Assembly: GCF_009834535.1 (NCBI RefSeq)
Contig: NC_045697.1
Span: 77,998,001 to 78,062,000 of the forward strand
From: Camelus ferus
Lineage: Eukaryota
Length of the DNA stretch: 64,000 nucleotides
Direction of reading: 5' to 3'
Shown here: positions 1 to 13,356 of the stretch, piece after piece
Position numbering within the stretch: position 1 is the stretch's first letter
Layout of the letters: each line of letters opens with the position of its first letter
Translations under genes and position numbers: made by a program
Notes under the pieces: model-generated
The model's database searches: none
Told to the model about the DNA's origin: nothing
Seen by the model: only the letters and a program-made list of their open reading frames with translations

Positions 1-530
1 ATATAGAACTTCCATGTGGAAAATTTCAAAAAACAAAAGAAAACTGCAGAGATAAGAAAAGCAAATATATTATCTAGGGCATGGAGAAAGTCAGAAATGC
101 CTTAAGTGCTAGAGAGGAGGAAAAGAGAAATGATTGAATAAAAGACATCAGGAAAGCCCAGCTCCAGGATTTGTCCTGGGCAGGCCATTCCAGGAAAGAG
201 AAAGATAAGTTCAGGGATATTTGTGAACAGTAGGAAAATTAATGCTTAGATGGTCAGGATGGCCTAAGCCTAATAAATCTAGGAATGTAGTTCATAAGAC
301 TCTCCCTGAGATTCCAAAGTAGGCTAAAATATCTAAACTGAGTTTGAGTAGTTTTATTCTAGAACCAAAGAGAGATGCAAGTAAGGACTGAGTAATAAGA
401 ATATCCATGTTGCAGGAACATGCACGTTGAGTGGGGAGTGAAATCTAGAAAAACCTGTTAGGAATCTGGTTATTGTGCTAAATCATGCCAGGCTCAAAGG
501 AGAAACGAGATCTTACCTATCATTACCTAC

Positions 531-786
531 CTCTGCCTAGAGTGCACCCGAGTATCTCCATTACTGTTGTGAAGTCATTTGAAATTTACAGTGAGATGAC
601 TTCCTGTGCTGAAGAAGAAATCTTGCACGGAGGAGCATCAGGAGGTGAATGAAGGGGAGAGAGAATGATCCCAAGGACACAGGCTGTGGGAGCAATGCTC
701 CACTTAGATGAGTTGCTGATGGTAGAACGTGAGCCAGGAGAGAACGTCAGGGAGACTTCTGCAAAATCCATGTCATCATAGTGGGC
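531..786 (-). other. Weak candidate exon (minus strand), probably non-coding
   Basis: The minus-strand acceptor ...cagcaacag|GCCCAC has a poor pyrimidine tract. Stacked donor-like sites follow: GAG|gtaggt (exon end 531) and TAG|gtaaga (exon end 517). It contains the 586..771 ORF, which has no recognisable homology. Confidence 0.15.
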
Positions 787-936
787 CTGTTGCTGATCGT
801 AAAGGTTATTTCCAATTCAGCTTTGTCCCTTTGTCAAAAATGAGCCAAAACTGGCTTCACTTCAGCCTTTTCCAGAAGGGATAGATACACACAAGTGTAT
901 GTATGGATTCCCAGTTTTATGAAGCACAGAAGAAGC

Positions 937-958
937 AAAAAAAAAAAAAAAAAAAAAA
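937..958 (+). repeat. poly(A) run (A22)
   Basis: Seen directly. Confidence 0.95.
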
Positions 959-1554
959 CAAAAGAAGACTCAATCCAGTTTCCTGTTTTCTGGTAAAAAA
1001 ATTCTCTTATTCTTTTGTGGTGTGTGTAGAATAAGGAAACATGAGGAGTGGGTTCAAATAAAGAAAAATGATATGTGAGTTCATTTCAAGGGAGACCTCA
1101 GTTTGTGCTGTCACAGGAATCCAGACTATCCCTGTAAATGCTATGGTATTTTTGAAAGAAAAGTTCAAGGGCACACTGTCTTATTTTCCATCTCTAGCCT
1201 GTGAGTCTCATAGTTACTTTAAAAAAATAAATAAACGGGGAAGAAAAATTAGGATCCACAGAAATTAAAAACTAGAAAGGATCTAGAGGGTACACTCACC
1301 CTCAGCCTGTGTTTAAATTATTCCCAGAAAGATATCCAGTTACACTCTTTGGGAAAGATTCCCCCTTAGATCCCTTGTTAATGCATTTGGATGCCTCATA
1401 ATTTCACATATACACTGAATAGCTATCTATTGTGTAAACCCCAGGTACTGAAGAGAATAATGTCATATCATATAGCTCCAATTAATAGAAGGCATTTCTT
1501 CCAGACTCTTAAATATTTCATATGTCTTTTACTTTCAAAAATCTATATGAAAAT

Positions 1555-1690
1555 ATTATTAGCCCCATTAACAGATGGAAAACTATGTCACAGAGACTTA
1601 CAGAGAGTCAGCCCTGGCTGTGCAGCACGGTGCTGAAAGAAGTAAGTTAAAGGCAAAGTCAGAAAATTCTACGTTCAAGGCTTTCCTAGC
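1555..1690 (-). mobile_element. MIR SINE fragment
   Basis: attattagccccattaacagatggaaaactatgtcacagaga resembles the antisense MIR core (cccattttacagatgaggaaactgaggc). Confidence 0.65.
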
Positions 1691-3805
1691 AGGCACGTCA
1701 CTTCTTGGGGCTAGTTATTATCTGTCTGAGTAAAGTACATGTTTGATTGTAACTCTATCTGTCCTTCTGTTTGTCTGCCTGTGAGTAGTTTATCTTTTAA
1801 TCCATCAATTTATCTCCTTGCTACTTTTTAAATATACCACAAGTTAACCGATGTTGATAAAATTTCACCCTTACCATGAGTGCTACTTGAGCAGATTGAG
1901 ATGGTTGTCATATTTTTCACATTTCCCATGTAAAAAACAGTTCTGCCACTGTTTAAGTGCCATGATTTTGTTCTTACCTGGAAACTGTACATGTACCACA
2001 CCTGTCACGAGGGGACTGCCTCCACTTATTAGCACTTTTGATATTTACACTGTCTCTTGGGAGGATGTTGATCGTTTTGTTCACTTCACTTGATATTCTA
2101 ACAACTGCCTTTTTGTTTAGGTGTGTGCTTTCTCTCAGGTGTATTTAGTTTTGTTTCCCAAGCGTAAAGTCACTGATTCACTTAAAAATATTTAAATTTC
2201 CTGAAAGAAAATGTTGGCACAATCCTGGGACAAGTATGATTTTCCATGCATCATCTTTATCTGGATATAAATGTTCTTTCTTTTCCAAATCCACATATTC
2301 CAACATTTGGGGAGAAGTTCTTTTTCTTGAATGTAATTTATGAGCCCAAAGCAACAGGATTCTTACTCATTTTCCTTTTTGATATTTGCTCTCCTTATTC
2401 TCCCCTGAAGTAGTTCCTCCTTTCTCCCAGAGATGCACTCCAGGGAGCCTTTCATATTATCTTCCTCCTCACGGGAAAGCAACTGTGAATTGTACAGGTT
2501 AGAGCTACATCCTCTCAGTTCTTTATTTCTTTTGCCACAGTTGACAACTCATACTTCTTTTCCCGAAGCATTAATGTCATTCTACTGGTTTCTGATTTAC
2601 AAAACTCAAGGAGGGTTCACAAAAGTCAGTGAAAATAAAAATAATGCTTTTCATCTCAAAACCTTTATTTGTTGCTTTCCTAATTTTAGAAAGGAAACTT
2701 ATGGCTTTCCTATATATTTTAAAATTATGACACAAATCATATACCCTCTCCTCATCCTCTACCCTTTCCAAATCCACAAGAATATGTGGAATAGAGAGAA
2801 AAAGGAATCAAGAAAGGAAAAGGAATGACTCAACTCAACTGAAATGAGAAAAAAGCTGAGGCAGAATCTAGGATTGTGGGTCAACAAGATGGTTCGATTA
2901 ATTTGGTAGATTCATTTTGTGGTAGTTTGTTACTCTGAGTTTTGGATGATGGAGATGTGTTTCTAGATCTTTAAAGGGCATAAGCTGAGTTTAAAAAGAA
3001 AGACTAAATACTTTAATTATACGCAAATAATCACATGAAAATGAAAGAAAAGAGAGATGGTTAAACAGATGTGGTAGGGTGCAGGGTTGGGGGAAGACAA
3101 GAATTTTTGAGAGTAGAACAGTTTGCAGATTGACTTTAAGAGACTCTTTTTGAGTCTTTTGTTTCCCACATTAAACTTAAGTAGTATTACATTTTTAAAT
3201 TGAAAGTTTATTTCTAAATTCAGGTGAACTTAACTTCTCACTTCCTTGACCATTTTGTTACACATAATTTGTATTGTAAGGAATACCATGATTGAGTTTA
3301 AATGTGCTGTCTTAGTTCTTTCCTTTAAACATATCTTTTGGGGGGTTTGAAAAAAGTAGGAAAGTGCATTATTTCCAGGTCCTTCCAAAGATTATTTCAC
3401 TGAGAAGCTATAGTTCAGTCGTTGAGCTAGTTCTGACCTCAGAAGGCTCCCAGGATTTGAAGGAAGGTGAAGACGAGGATTTGAACCAGCTTCCAGGCTG
3501 CTCTCACTGGGCTTTACTACCTGAATCACACAGGTGAGGACATTTGAGAGAGTTCCTCAAAAGAGGATATATCCCCGGAGTTCCCCGTTTAGAGGTCACA
3601 TAGCCCATGTAGAATGAGGAGCCTCCCAGGGCAGAGAAGCTCAGGGCGCGGCGCTGGGACAGAAGCAGTGGAACCCTCAGGGCTTCTTCCCCGCTGTTAC
3701 CACGGACTGGACAGGAGTCGTTGATGCCCCCTCTAGGAATCTACTTTTTAAAAATAATGTATTTATTTTGTAAATATTAAATTTTATTTATTTTTGAACA
3801 AGGAC

Positions 3806-3930
3806 TTTTTTTGGGTGTGGGTGGGCAATGAGGTTTATTTATTTATTTATTTTAATGGAGGTGGTGGGGATTGAACCCAGGACCTCATGCACACTAAGCA
3901 TGTACTCTACCACTGAGCTATACCCTTCCT
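3806..3930 (-). mobile_element. Camelid tRNA-derived SINE (vic-1 type), long form
   Basis: The reverse complement reads ggaagggtatagctcagtggtagagtacatgcttagtgtgcatgaggtcctgggttcaatcccc. It has Pol III A and B boxes, a (TAAA)n tail and a C-rich/A-rich extension. Confidence 0.9.
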
Positions 3931-5753
3931 CTGCTTCTGCATTCTGTTTATAGCTCATTCATTGGTCTATGCTGGCCTGGCAAAGACATGCTATGTGAAG
4001 TTGAAGAGTAGGGAGGAAAGCACAAAAATCAACATTTCTTTGTGAAATAAGAAAAAATATATCAATTAACTCTAAAATAGGATGAATTACTGATCTGGAT
4101 AAAATTAATTGACTTTAATTGATTCATTATGTCTGATTTCCTACCTCAGGTTATAAGCAGATATCTGAAAACTGTGAAGCTGATGTTATTCTAGATGTTC
4201 AAAATAACTGATAATCGAGGGGACTGTAATATAATAAACACTTTTCTCTCTCTCTCTTTTTTTTTTTACTACTATTAGGATTTAGTTGATAAACATTACT
4301 GTTAAGCTGAAAATACCTCACTGTTTTGGAAGTCAGTGGCTGTGATTATCATTATTATTTTGCACTATGGATTTTTTTAGTTTTTTATTCCTGCCAGAAT
4401 CATACCTATATAAAAAAAAAACTTACGACAAATAAGCTGTCATAAAACACTTAAGAAGGCTGAATCAGATCTCTCTATCCTAATTAGAAGTAAAATGAAT
4501 GAAACTTTACGACTGTGTTTTATTTAATTTTTAACCCTTTTAAATCTAAAAAGACAGTTTAAAATAGTCACATAATTATGAATGTATTCTCTCTACATTC
4601 TGGATTCTATACATAGAGAAATAGATATGTGTTTAAGTATTTCCATAGGAGGTCCATGTAAAGCATTATGATTTTAAATAGGCCTCTCTATATAAACGTG
4701 TGTATAAATATTTATGCACATATATACATACATTATATGTCAACATTCCCTGTAAGTCCTACTGCTTATAATTTTGACAACAAAAACAAATAAAGAGTAG
4801 GATAAATAATCAAAAGGGGAAAACTCTTTGACTCATTTAAAGAACTCAGATATAAATTCTTTTACATCAATTACAATTTATTTATCAAACATCTTGTGTC
4901 ATTTCCTTGTGAGCTCATGTAGGCGTAGCACAATGTTTAACTGCATACTTCATTCAGTATAGGATGTTTTCTATTTTTAAAAGCATTCTGAAGTGTGGAT
5001 GAATTGTAAAAAGACAAGCAATCCAGTTCAGACTCTCCCTGCCTCTCCTATCCCTAATCTTTTCATTCATAGAGGTGATTTTCCTATAAGAGTAATAGCT
5101 ATTTAGAATATGTTTAATAAAGGATTGACTCTTAATTTAAGTAAGAATAAAGTCCCCATGGTAAGATTCTCAGTAAGGGTTATAAGGGAGCTTTTTATTT
5201 TTCCTCCCCAAGAACACCTTGGCACAGTTACACATAATTAAAAAAGTATATGCCTTTAATCTGAAGCTGACTCTTCTTTGGAGTAATGTTGGTGAGAGTT
5301 AATGAAAACCTCCTTGTCTCAGGCCAATTAAAAAAAAGTAAGTGACATGGTCTTAGTAGTATAAAATGATACATTGAAATATTTTTAGATGCTGTATCAT
5401 GTCCCAGTTTCAATCACTAGATTGTTTTGGCCCTGGGAAGCTAAAAATAATCCCTTTTCATTCATCCTAATACTCTATGTCAAAAGAGCTGGCTAATTAC
5501 AGTATTGTATTGAAACTGTATTGAAAGTATAAGTTTGGAATGTATGAAAAATGTTATTCCTCTCCATGAACATTAACTGTTTGGATCATATTCAGTATCT
5601 TTTGCTACTTGCTCTGTAAATTTATTTATGTGAAAAGAAATTGAAAATCTGTTTGTTGTCCTCTGTCATAATGAAGAGAAAACTCCTAAGTGATTTGACT
5701 ACAGCTTGCTAAGCACATTATATTTATTTTTAAGCACATTATCTATGAAAAGC

Positions 5754-5790
5754 AAAACAAACAAACAAACAAACAAACAAACAAAAAACA
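5754..5790 (+). repeat. (AAAC)n microsatellite
   Basis: Seen directly. Confidence 0.95.
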
Positions 5791-6430
5791 GGTAAGATGG
5801 CAGGACTGTTAGTGAAAGTGTAAATTAAAGAATATTTAGAAGGAAGGCAGTTTTATTTTCTTTCAAGTATACACATAATAACCTGAGTCAGGCTCCTAAG
5901 TGCTGCCTTCTTGAGCTAATTGTGCTCCTTCAGCTTAATTTTTGCAACAGGGAAGAAATAAATATATGTATATATGTCAGCTTTCGGAGGCCATGGGCTA
6001 AGTATTAATTTTTGTGTTCCAAGCACAATTCCTTGATACCAACAATTGCTATTTGTGGAACGGAAGAATAAATGGATCAAATGACAAACTCTTTGTGATG
6101 AAAATAATCAGGACTAAAAATGACATATCTGGCAATTTTGATAATAATAACTATATCGGACTGACCTGTGGGCAGTATGGTTCATTTTTTTTTTTTAATG
6201 TTTCACTCAAGTCAAATTGCCCATCATGGGTCTATTATATGGGTCCACAAATATGTCTTAGTGAGACAAACAAGCTCTTTACTAGGCAATAGTGTGGGAC
6301 TCTTTATGTTTTTTTCTTTAAAATTATTTTACAGTTAAACATTCCGTTAATTCAGAGTAATGCTTCTCTCATTCTCAAGACTGGAGTAATAAGCTTTTCT
6401 TTTCATACGTCTAGGTTTTGGATGATGACC

Positions 6431-6652
6431 ATAGCTCATATGTAATGAGTGTACTATGCTAGGCAATTTATTACATCGATACTATTATCGTCCTCATTTT
6501 GCAGATGAGAAAAGTAAGACTTAAAGAGGGACAGTAACTTTCCCAAGTTCTCACAAAAACAGAGAGTGAGCAAATAGTTACAAGCTTGGATGCAAATCCA
6601 GGCCTGTCTGACTCGAGGGTCCAAATGTTCATATTCACTTTCAACTGCCTCT
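6431..6652 (-). mobile_element. MIR SINE
   Basis: attatcgtcctcattttgcagatgagaaaagt...agtaactttcccaagttctcac...caaatccaggcctgtctgactc is a near full-length antisense MIR. Confidence 0.85.
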
Positions 6653-8014
6653 GTTAATGAAGAGTATAATTTTAGCACGTGCACTTTTTGGGAGCTTCAT
6701 AAATATAGTTAGGAGCCGTAGGGGTATTTTCTTGGATAACAGCTGTGGGGAAGGTTTGGACATGACAAAAAAAATCATCAGATATTAACAAACCACAAAT
6801 TATTTTAGAAAATATTCATTATGCATCTTGATATCTTGGGGGGTATAGAAAGTGGTCACATTAGGTAAATTTAAGGAAGGTGACTGTGACGATGGTATAG
6901 CTTTTCATTCTTAAGAATATGGACTGTCATTATTTTATTTAAACCACCTCTTGCAGCAGATTAGAGTGAGAGTCCAGTTTTCAGCCTGGCTTTGGTAAGA
7001 AACAGAAGAGTCTATGTAACATTGCCTTCAGTCATTGCATGCATTTCAAATATGACTAATGAGATTCCTCTTCTGAGTCTGGAGAGGGGGCCCAGCTCCA
7101 TTTCAAGGAACTTCAGAATCAGTTTCTCTACTCCCACCCTGATCTCCTGTCATCTTTTTGCTCATATCCAAATATTCTTGACATACCTTCTACAGTTAGA
7201 GACAAAATAATTGAAAATCTGCTTCAGGCACCATTTTGGTATGAATAATTTCTGTTTAACCAGTAAACAATTATAAATGACAAGTTCCTTGCCTGGAAGG
7301 GTTACCAACAAGAGGGAAAAGAAAAGTACAGGAAAGCAGGTGAAAAGTGAACTTTAAACACTTTACAACTTTGTTTAAGGTCAACTCTGTTTACTTTCTC
7401 TGGGGCAGGTCAAACAGAAGGAAACAGCACATGCCAGAGAGCTGCCACTAAATGCCTTCCATACCTTCTCAAGCTGGGTCTTCACCATTTTCCAGGGGGT
7501 AAGCATTCTTACGGTTTTCCCATTTTCCCCTTGAGCAAATGGATTCTGGAAGGTTAAGTGACTTGTTCAAGATCACACGGGGTTGGGATCGATCTTAGGT
7601 TGAAATGAATCCGGAACGCATACATTTCCTTTTCTAGCACCGTGTCTCCTTAGCATGGTACAAACTCAGGTGGGCCTGGAGGCAGTGAGCCAGCTCTGCT
7701 TCAGGTTAGTTATGCCAGGTTTCTCTCTTCTTTTCCTCCTTCTTCTTTTCCAATAGGGTGGACTTTGTATAAAACAGTTTAATTTTGTAGGGGGTTGTTA
7801 ATTTTAGTATCACAGAGAGCTTCTGGGGATCCTTTTAATTAATTCAGTGGCTTATTTTTCAATGTATTTATTTATCCATATACCCTTCTTTTTCCTGCCA
7901 AAAAGAAGGCATTGAACAGCGTTTGATGATTGAAAGACTAGCTGGGATAACATTAATTTTCTCTGTTTCTCACCGTGTGCATGCTGGGATTTAAGATATG
8001 CGTGGAATTTTCTG

Positions 8015-8195
8015 TAGAATCATAAGATATTGAGGTTGGAAGAATATGCAAAGAACATCTTAGCAACCCCTCATTTGTAGATAAGAAAACTGAGGCTCTG
8101 AAATGATAAGAGAATCATCCGAGGTCACATGCATGCTTATTGGTATTGTTGGGACAAGTACCTGGTCCTCTTTTCTGGGCATCACTATATAACCT
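8015..8195 (-). mobile_element. MIR3/MIRc SINE
   Basis: tagaatcataagatattgaggttggaag...cctcatttgtagataagaaaactgaggctc...ccgaggtcaca. Confidence 0.75.
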
Positions 8196-8299
8196 ATCAA
8201 TTTAACATTTTTCTCGATGAGGCGAGGGAGCCTGGGGTTCTAATACTGTACAACTTAATTATATTTCCCCATTTTTTCTCATTTGTCCTTCTGATGGAG

Positions 8300-8762
8300 T
8301 ACAGTAGGTTGAATGGTGGTCCCCTAAATAAATATATCCACATCCTATTCCCTGGAACTGGTGGATGTCAGTTTACCTGGAAAAAAGTCTTTGAAGACAT
8401 AATTAATTTAAAGATAGTGAGATGATGAGATCATCCTGGATTATCTTGGTAGACCCAAGATCCAATGGCAAGTGTCTTTATAACAGAAAGGCAGAGGAAG
8501 ATGAGACTGACTGAAGAGAAGACAGGGGAGAAGGTGATGTGAAGGTGGAGGCAGAGATTTGGAGAAACCAAGGAGCGCAGAGAACCACCAGAAGCTGGAA
8601 GAGGCAGGGAACGATCCTCCCCTAAAGTCTCTGGAGACCGAACAGCCCTGACAACCCCTTGATATCTGATTTCTGACCTCCAAAACTCTGAGAGAATAAA
8701 TGTCTGTTTAAAGCCACTCAGCCTTTGATCATTTGTTATAGCAGCTGCAGGAAACTAATACA
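8300..8762 (+). mobile_element. MaLR solo LTR (MLT1C-like)
   Basis: The body is typical MLT1 (gagatcatcctggattat; ccaccagaagctggaagaggc; AATAAA; ends ggaaactaataca). The flanks tggag (8295-8299) and tgggg (8763-8767) match 4/5, consistent with a 5-bp TSD. Confidence 0.92.
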
Positions 8763-9622
8763 TGGGGGAAGAGCTGATATGATAGAACTGATGTTATATA
8801 AAAAAAAAAATCGTAGAACCGATGTCTTTTCTCTCACTGCTGACTTCACACACACTAAGGGAGAGTGGGTGTCTGCTGATGGGAGTGGACAGTCGAAGAG
8901 CTTCAGGGACATATGAGGGTTTTTGTTGTGATATAGACAGGCAATAATGACCTTCTGGCAAATGACGGGGATTTTATTAAAAAATCCCCCAGAGAAAGAT
9001 GAGAATATCAAGTCAAATAAAGTGAAGGAGTGAGAGAGGGACAGAACATTCCCTGTTTTGTGCTCACACCCTTTCAGATCATGGTGCCCTCACCCCGCTT
9101 CCTGGATACCTGTGAGCCCTTCTCACCAAGCCACTCGTCTCCGCCTTCTGCTAAGCTGTCTCCAACCTCTGTCTCCTTTCCTCAGGGCTCTCTTCCTAGG
9201 GCTAAATCCCAACCCCCAATTAATTTGTTGCAAGGAGATAAGACTGATTATAACTCACTGTTACCCTGTTTTAATAACATTTGTCTTTTACAACTGATCT
9301 TGGACCCATTAAGCTGAGGAGAGAAGTCAGTGGGGATTTCACGCAGGTTCCACATCAGCCTAAGGGAGAGACACTTTGGAGAGAGAGGAGCATTCCTCCT
9401 GCCCGTCCTGTCGTACTGCATCAAGTGCAGTCCAGTTCGTGAGCAGCACGGTGTGTAGGCAGTAGTACAGCCCCAGATGTATCAGCAGAAGGAACCCTAA
9501 ATATGGAAGAAGAAAAACTCTTCCATCCAGGTTGGATTTTCTCATGAATCCTGTTAGTGATATAATGTCGCCTTACCTCCTGGTGAGCCTTCTATATGGA
9601 CATGATTTTCTTTTTTCTCCTT

Positions 9623-9809
9623 CAATTACTTAACCCCTCTGTGCTTCAGTTTCTTTCTCTGTAAAGTGGAGATAATAAAGGAACTTTCCTTATAGGTTTG
9701 TTGTGAGGTTTAAATGAGTAAATCTGGGTTTATAACAGAAAGGCAGAGGGAGAAAGGCTTTTAGAGCAGTGCCTGACACATAGTGAGAACTCAATAAACA
9801 TTAGCTATT
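9623..9809 (+). mobile_element. MIR SINE (carries a short foreign insert)
   Basis: ttacttaacccctctgtgcttcagtttc...gtgaggtttaaatgag...cagtgcctgacacatagtgagaactcaataaacattagctatt. Confidence 0.9.
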
Positions 9810-10326
9810 CTTGTTTTTTAAAGAGAAGCACCTCCTCTGACTTCTGATGTCTCTGAGGAGGGATCACCCTTATGTACCCCCAAATTTTGGCCCAATTCCT
9901 TACTCCCCTGGGAGATACGTTTGCCTAGTGACAGCCATTATTCCAATTTCCTTGATTGTGGGGAGCTACTCTACTAAAAGTCCTGAGCATGAAGGGATTT
10001 GGTGTCTTTCTCTTTCATTCTCCACTCAGAGAAATAGAGACAGTGACCTGGGTAAATGTGTCTGCCGTGTGGTCTCAAACTCGCCCTCAGATGAGCTGTT
10101 CTGAGGACTAGGCTAGGGGTCAGAAGTGAACAAGTCAACTCTGGTTCTCACAGTAAGCAAAGTCCTCTAACCTAGTCTGTATCAGTAATAAAGTGGGTAT
10201 TTTTGCTCATTAGCTGACTCTTTGGTCTTACTTCTTATTGGTTCAGTACTTCCTATTGGTTGAAGTCTCTTGAAAATACCAATAAGGTTATTATCATCAG
10301 GGAAACTTAAGCTACAGTGGATGGAA

Positions 10327-10414
10327 TTTTTTTTTTAAATGGAGGTACTGGAGATTGAACCTAGGACCTCATGCATGCTAAGCACGAACTCTACCACTGA
10401 GCTATACCCACCCC
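10327..10414 (-). mobile_element. Camelid tRNA-derived SINE (vic-1 type), short form
   Basis: The reverse complement reads ggggtgggtatagctcagtggtagagttcgtgcttagcatgcatgaggtcctaggttcaatctccagtacctcc followed by an A tail. Confidence 0.9.
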
Positions 10415-11632
10415 TCAAAACCTTGTTTGAAGAAAAAAATCTGTGTTTCAGTAGGTGCTCCAAATGCTTCCCAGTGTTTGAAGGCAGAATGTGAGGTTGA
10501 GGTTCCCTGCCCTCTTGTACCTCCAGTCCACCCATTGAACTAATTTGTTCTCTTATCTTCCAAAACTTCCTAAGTCAATCAGCAATGAAAGAACACCGGA
10601 AGTCACTTCTTCCAACCCATGTGCTCCCCTCAAAGAAGCCTTTAAGGATTCACCAACAATTCCATGCTGTGGAATGAGAAAAGATGTGCAGCAGAGGGAT
10701 CATAAACAGAAGATTTTTATTCCTGAGCAAGCAAAATGAAAATTCAGCAAACAAATCAAAGAATCAAGATAAAGACCTAAAAGATGAAATGGGAACACGA
10801 ACTATATAACAATGAACATAAAACAAAATCCTCTCAGCACTCAGGCAATTACGCTGGTCCTGTGGTGAGTCAAAGTGAGCAAAATACTCCTTCAGAAGAA
10901 AGTGTTGATGCTTGCAGGAGTGTGAACATCTTGCATCTATATATTACTTTATACTGTAAAGTGCCCTCACATCTGTTTCCTAAAATGAGTTTTATATGAA
11001 CTCTGTGGTGTTTGTAGGGGATTATAACAGATGTGGGGGAAAAAAAGGACACTCTACAGTAAAAAAACATCTGACTTATAGCTGGTCAAATGATAGATGT
11101 CTGATCCAGTAACAGATGACAGTTCTCTGTCTTTCATCACATAACTGTTTCTACCACTTTTGGTAATGTTTGGAATAAAACTTAAGTTACTTTTTCTTTT
11201 TCAGTATCTTAGAGACTGTGACTCTGCCTTTCAAATTATGACATTGCAAAGAAAATATTTCATTCTTTACCATTTTGGAAACACATGAGTTCTTCCACCA
11301 GCGCCTGAATTCAGAAGACTTCCATTCATTGGTTTATTAATGGGAGACTCGGATTTGCTCATTTTAATAGTGGTTCAGAATAAGAGGATTATCTGTCTAA
11401 TTATACTCAAGAGTGTTATAAAGAATGGTTCCATTGTAAAGGGTAGAAGATGCTATGACTAGACACAGAAAAATTGAAGGCCTAAAATAAGTTAGCTTTG
11501 GGTTTTGTCACAGAAGCAATCTTGCTTTTAGGATTTAAACCAGAGCCCTCAGATGTGGGTTAATAAAGAAATTAACATGGTACTTAAATCACAGAGATAC
11601 ATATATTTCAGAAAGTAGTGGTCAGTTCTTAC

Positions 11633-11697
11633 CTCGCTGGGACTTGTTCTCACTGTTGGTAAATGAATGTCACCAGCAGGTTGTGCTGGAACTTCAC
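11633..11697 (-). other. Candidate 65-nt exon (minus strand)
   Basis: Strong donor CGAG|gtaaga; weak acceptor tcttaatacattgatag|GTG. One frame is open (EVPAQPAGDIHLPTVRTSPSE) but has no recognisable homology. Confidence 0.25.
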
Positions 11698-12669
11698 CTA
11701 TCAATGTATTAAGACACGTTTCCCCCACTTACTGTTTGGCAAATATCTTCTGCTTGCTTACTCCTTAGGGCAATGTTCCAGAGGATGCCGTATTCTGTGG
11801 TTGTGGTTGGCAGTATCTGACAAGGGTTTTCTGAATCTATCCTTGGTAAAGCCATCTGACAGTCTACTGCCCTTCTGCTGAGATCTTTTTCCATTTCTGG
11901 ATTTCCCCCCCCCCCCCCTTAGCTTTCTGGTCTCTAGTAGGGAGTTGGGGCAATCCACTACTGTAGCTGGCTTCTGGGGCTTATTTCCTGGTCTCATTCT
12001 TATAAGCTCTATTTCCTAGAGCTGAGTTTCCTCCACTACCTCCTTTATATCACATTAGGATATCTCCTGGTCCATGTCTGTAATTGACTCGGCAAATTAT
12101 CATTATAGCAACTCCTGAAGCATTTCTATCTTCCATTGACTCAGCTGATCACTACCTATACTGGCCTTAAGTTTCTGTTATTGTTGAACTGTAGTTCTTT
12201 TGCCACATTTGGGGGTGAAATGGACTGCTCATTTCCTGCTGAAATGGGAGCTGCTGCTGCTTCTTTGTTTTTTTCCAAGTCTACTTGTTTCCTTCTTCTG
12301 GATGAAATCCCCCCTTACTCTGATCATTCTCCTTTGCTTTTGTGGCACCTTTCATTCATATCATTTTTATAGTAACCCCAATGATAAAATATAGTGGGAT
12401 ATTACCTTGACAATAGGTTAGCAATCAAGGGTGTTGATAAGACTTTGTAATGATCAACAAATGTAATAACTTTTTAACTGGTGCATTTGGTACAGACATC
12501 ACAGTTGTCTATGGAGACCAAATAAACACATAGGTAGTACTAAAGAAAGAAAAAATAATGAAGGTGTGGTTATTTCAGAGATTAAACTCAGATTCTATGC
12601 AGGCATTGATTCTTCACAGAACATGGCAATTCAGCATATTCAGTTCTTGAAAATAATTCTGGGAGATTA

Positions 12670-12850
12670 TTTTGCTATTGGGGCAGAGATGTTTAGGTGT
12701 CCTTCAATATTATTTTCCACCTTCTTTAGTGATAGAATTCTTGATTTTAGCTGGGCAAATGGCTGCCCAAAGTGAAAAACAATAATTCCCAGCTTCTCTT
12801 GCAGCTAGGTTGGCCATATCATAAAATTCTGGCCAATGGAATGCAAGTTG
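12670..12850 (+). mobile_element. Old MaLR LTR 5' fragment (MLT1I/J-like)
   Basis: ttcccagcttctcttgcagctaggttggccatatcataaaattctggccaatgg is a hallmark of old MLT1. Confidence 0.75.
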
Positions 12851-13269
12851 TAGAAATGTGAAATTGAACTGTGTCCCCTCAAAAGATATATCCAAGGCCT
12901 ACCCCCAGTTCTTGTGAATGTAACTGTATTTGAAGATAGGATTCTTTGTAGATATAATTAAGTTAGGGGTCTTGAGATGAGATGATTTTGGATTAGGTTA
13001 GGCCCTAAATCCCATAATGTCCTTTGAAGAGAAAGGAGAGAGAGAGACTTGAGACACAGAGACACAGGGAAGAGGGCTGGGTAAAGAGAGAGGCAGAGAC
13101 TGGAGTTTTGCTGCCACAAGACAAGGAAAGCCAGGAGCCACTGGACACTGGAAGACTCAAGGAAGGATTTTCCCCAGAAGTTTGCTGATGTGGTGAGAGA
13201 ATACATTCCTATTGCTTTAAGCTGCCAAGTTTGTGGGATTTGATATGATAATCCTGAGAAATTAGTACA
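12851..13269 (+). mobile_element. MaLR solo LTR (MLT1B/C-like)
   Basis: tgaactgtgtcccctcaaaagatat...gtgaatgtaactgtatttgaagatagg...ggcagagactggagttttgctgccacaag; ends aaattagtaca. Confidence 0.88.
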
Positions 13270-13304
13270 AAGTATAACAATTAAAAAGATTTTTAATTAA
13301 ATTT

Positions 13305-13356
13305 TACTTTTTTAACTGAAGGAACATTGGTTTATAACATTATATAAGTTTCATGA
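13305..13356 (-). mobile_element. L1 extreme 3' tip
   Basis: ttttttaactgaaggaacattggtttataacattatataagtttca resembles an antisense L1 3' terminus. Confidence 0.5.

Noticed and set aside
586..786. HYDDMDF as a tyrosine-motif receptor or adaptor tail joined to the 11.6-kb exon candidate
   Set aside because: The phases are compatible, but both acceptors are weak, no upstream coding exons are visible, and I could not match the peptide to any known protein.
5506..5742. Short direct repeats (tgtattgaaa x2; taagcacattat x2)
   Set aside because: Ordinary slippage-type micro-duplications in AT-rich DNA, not an array.
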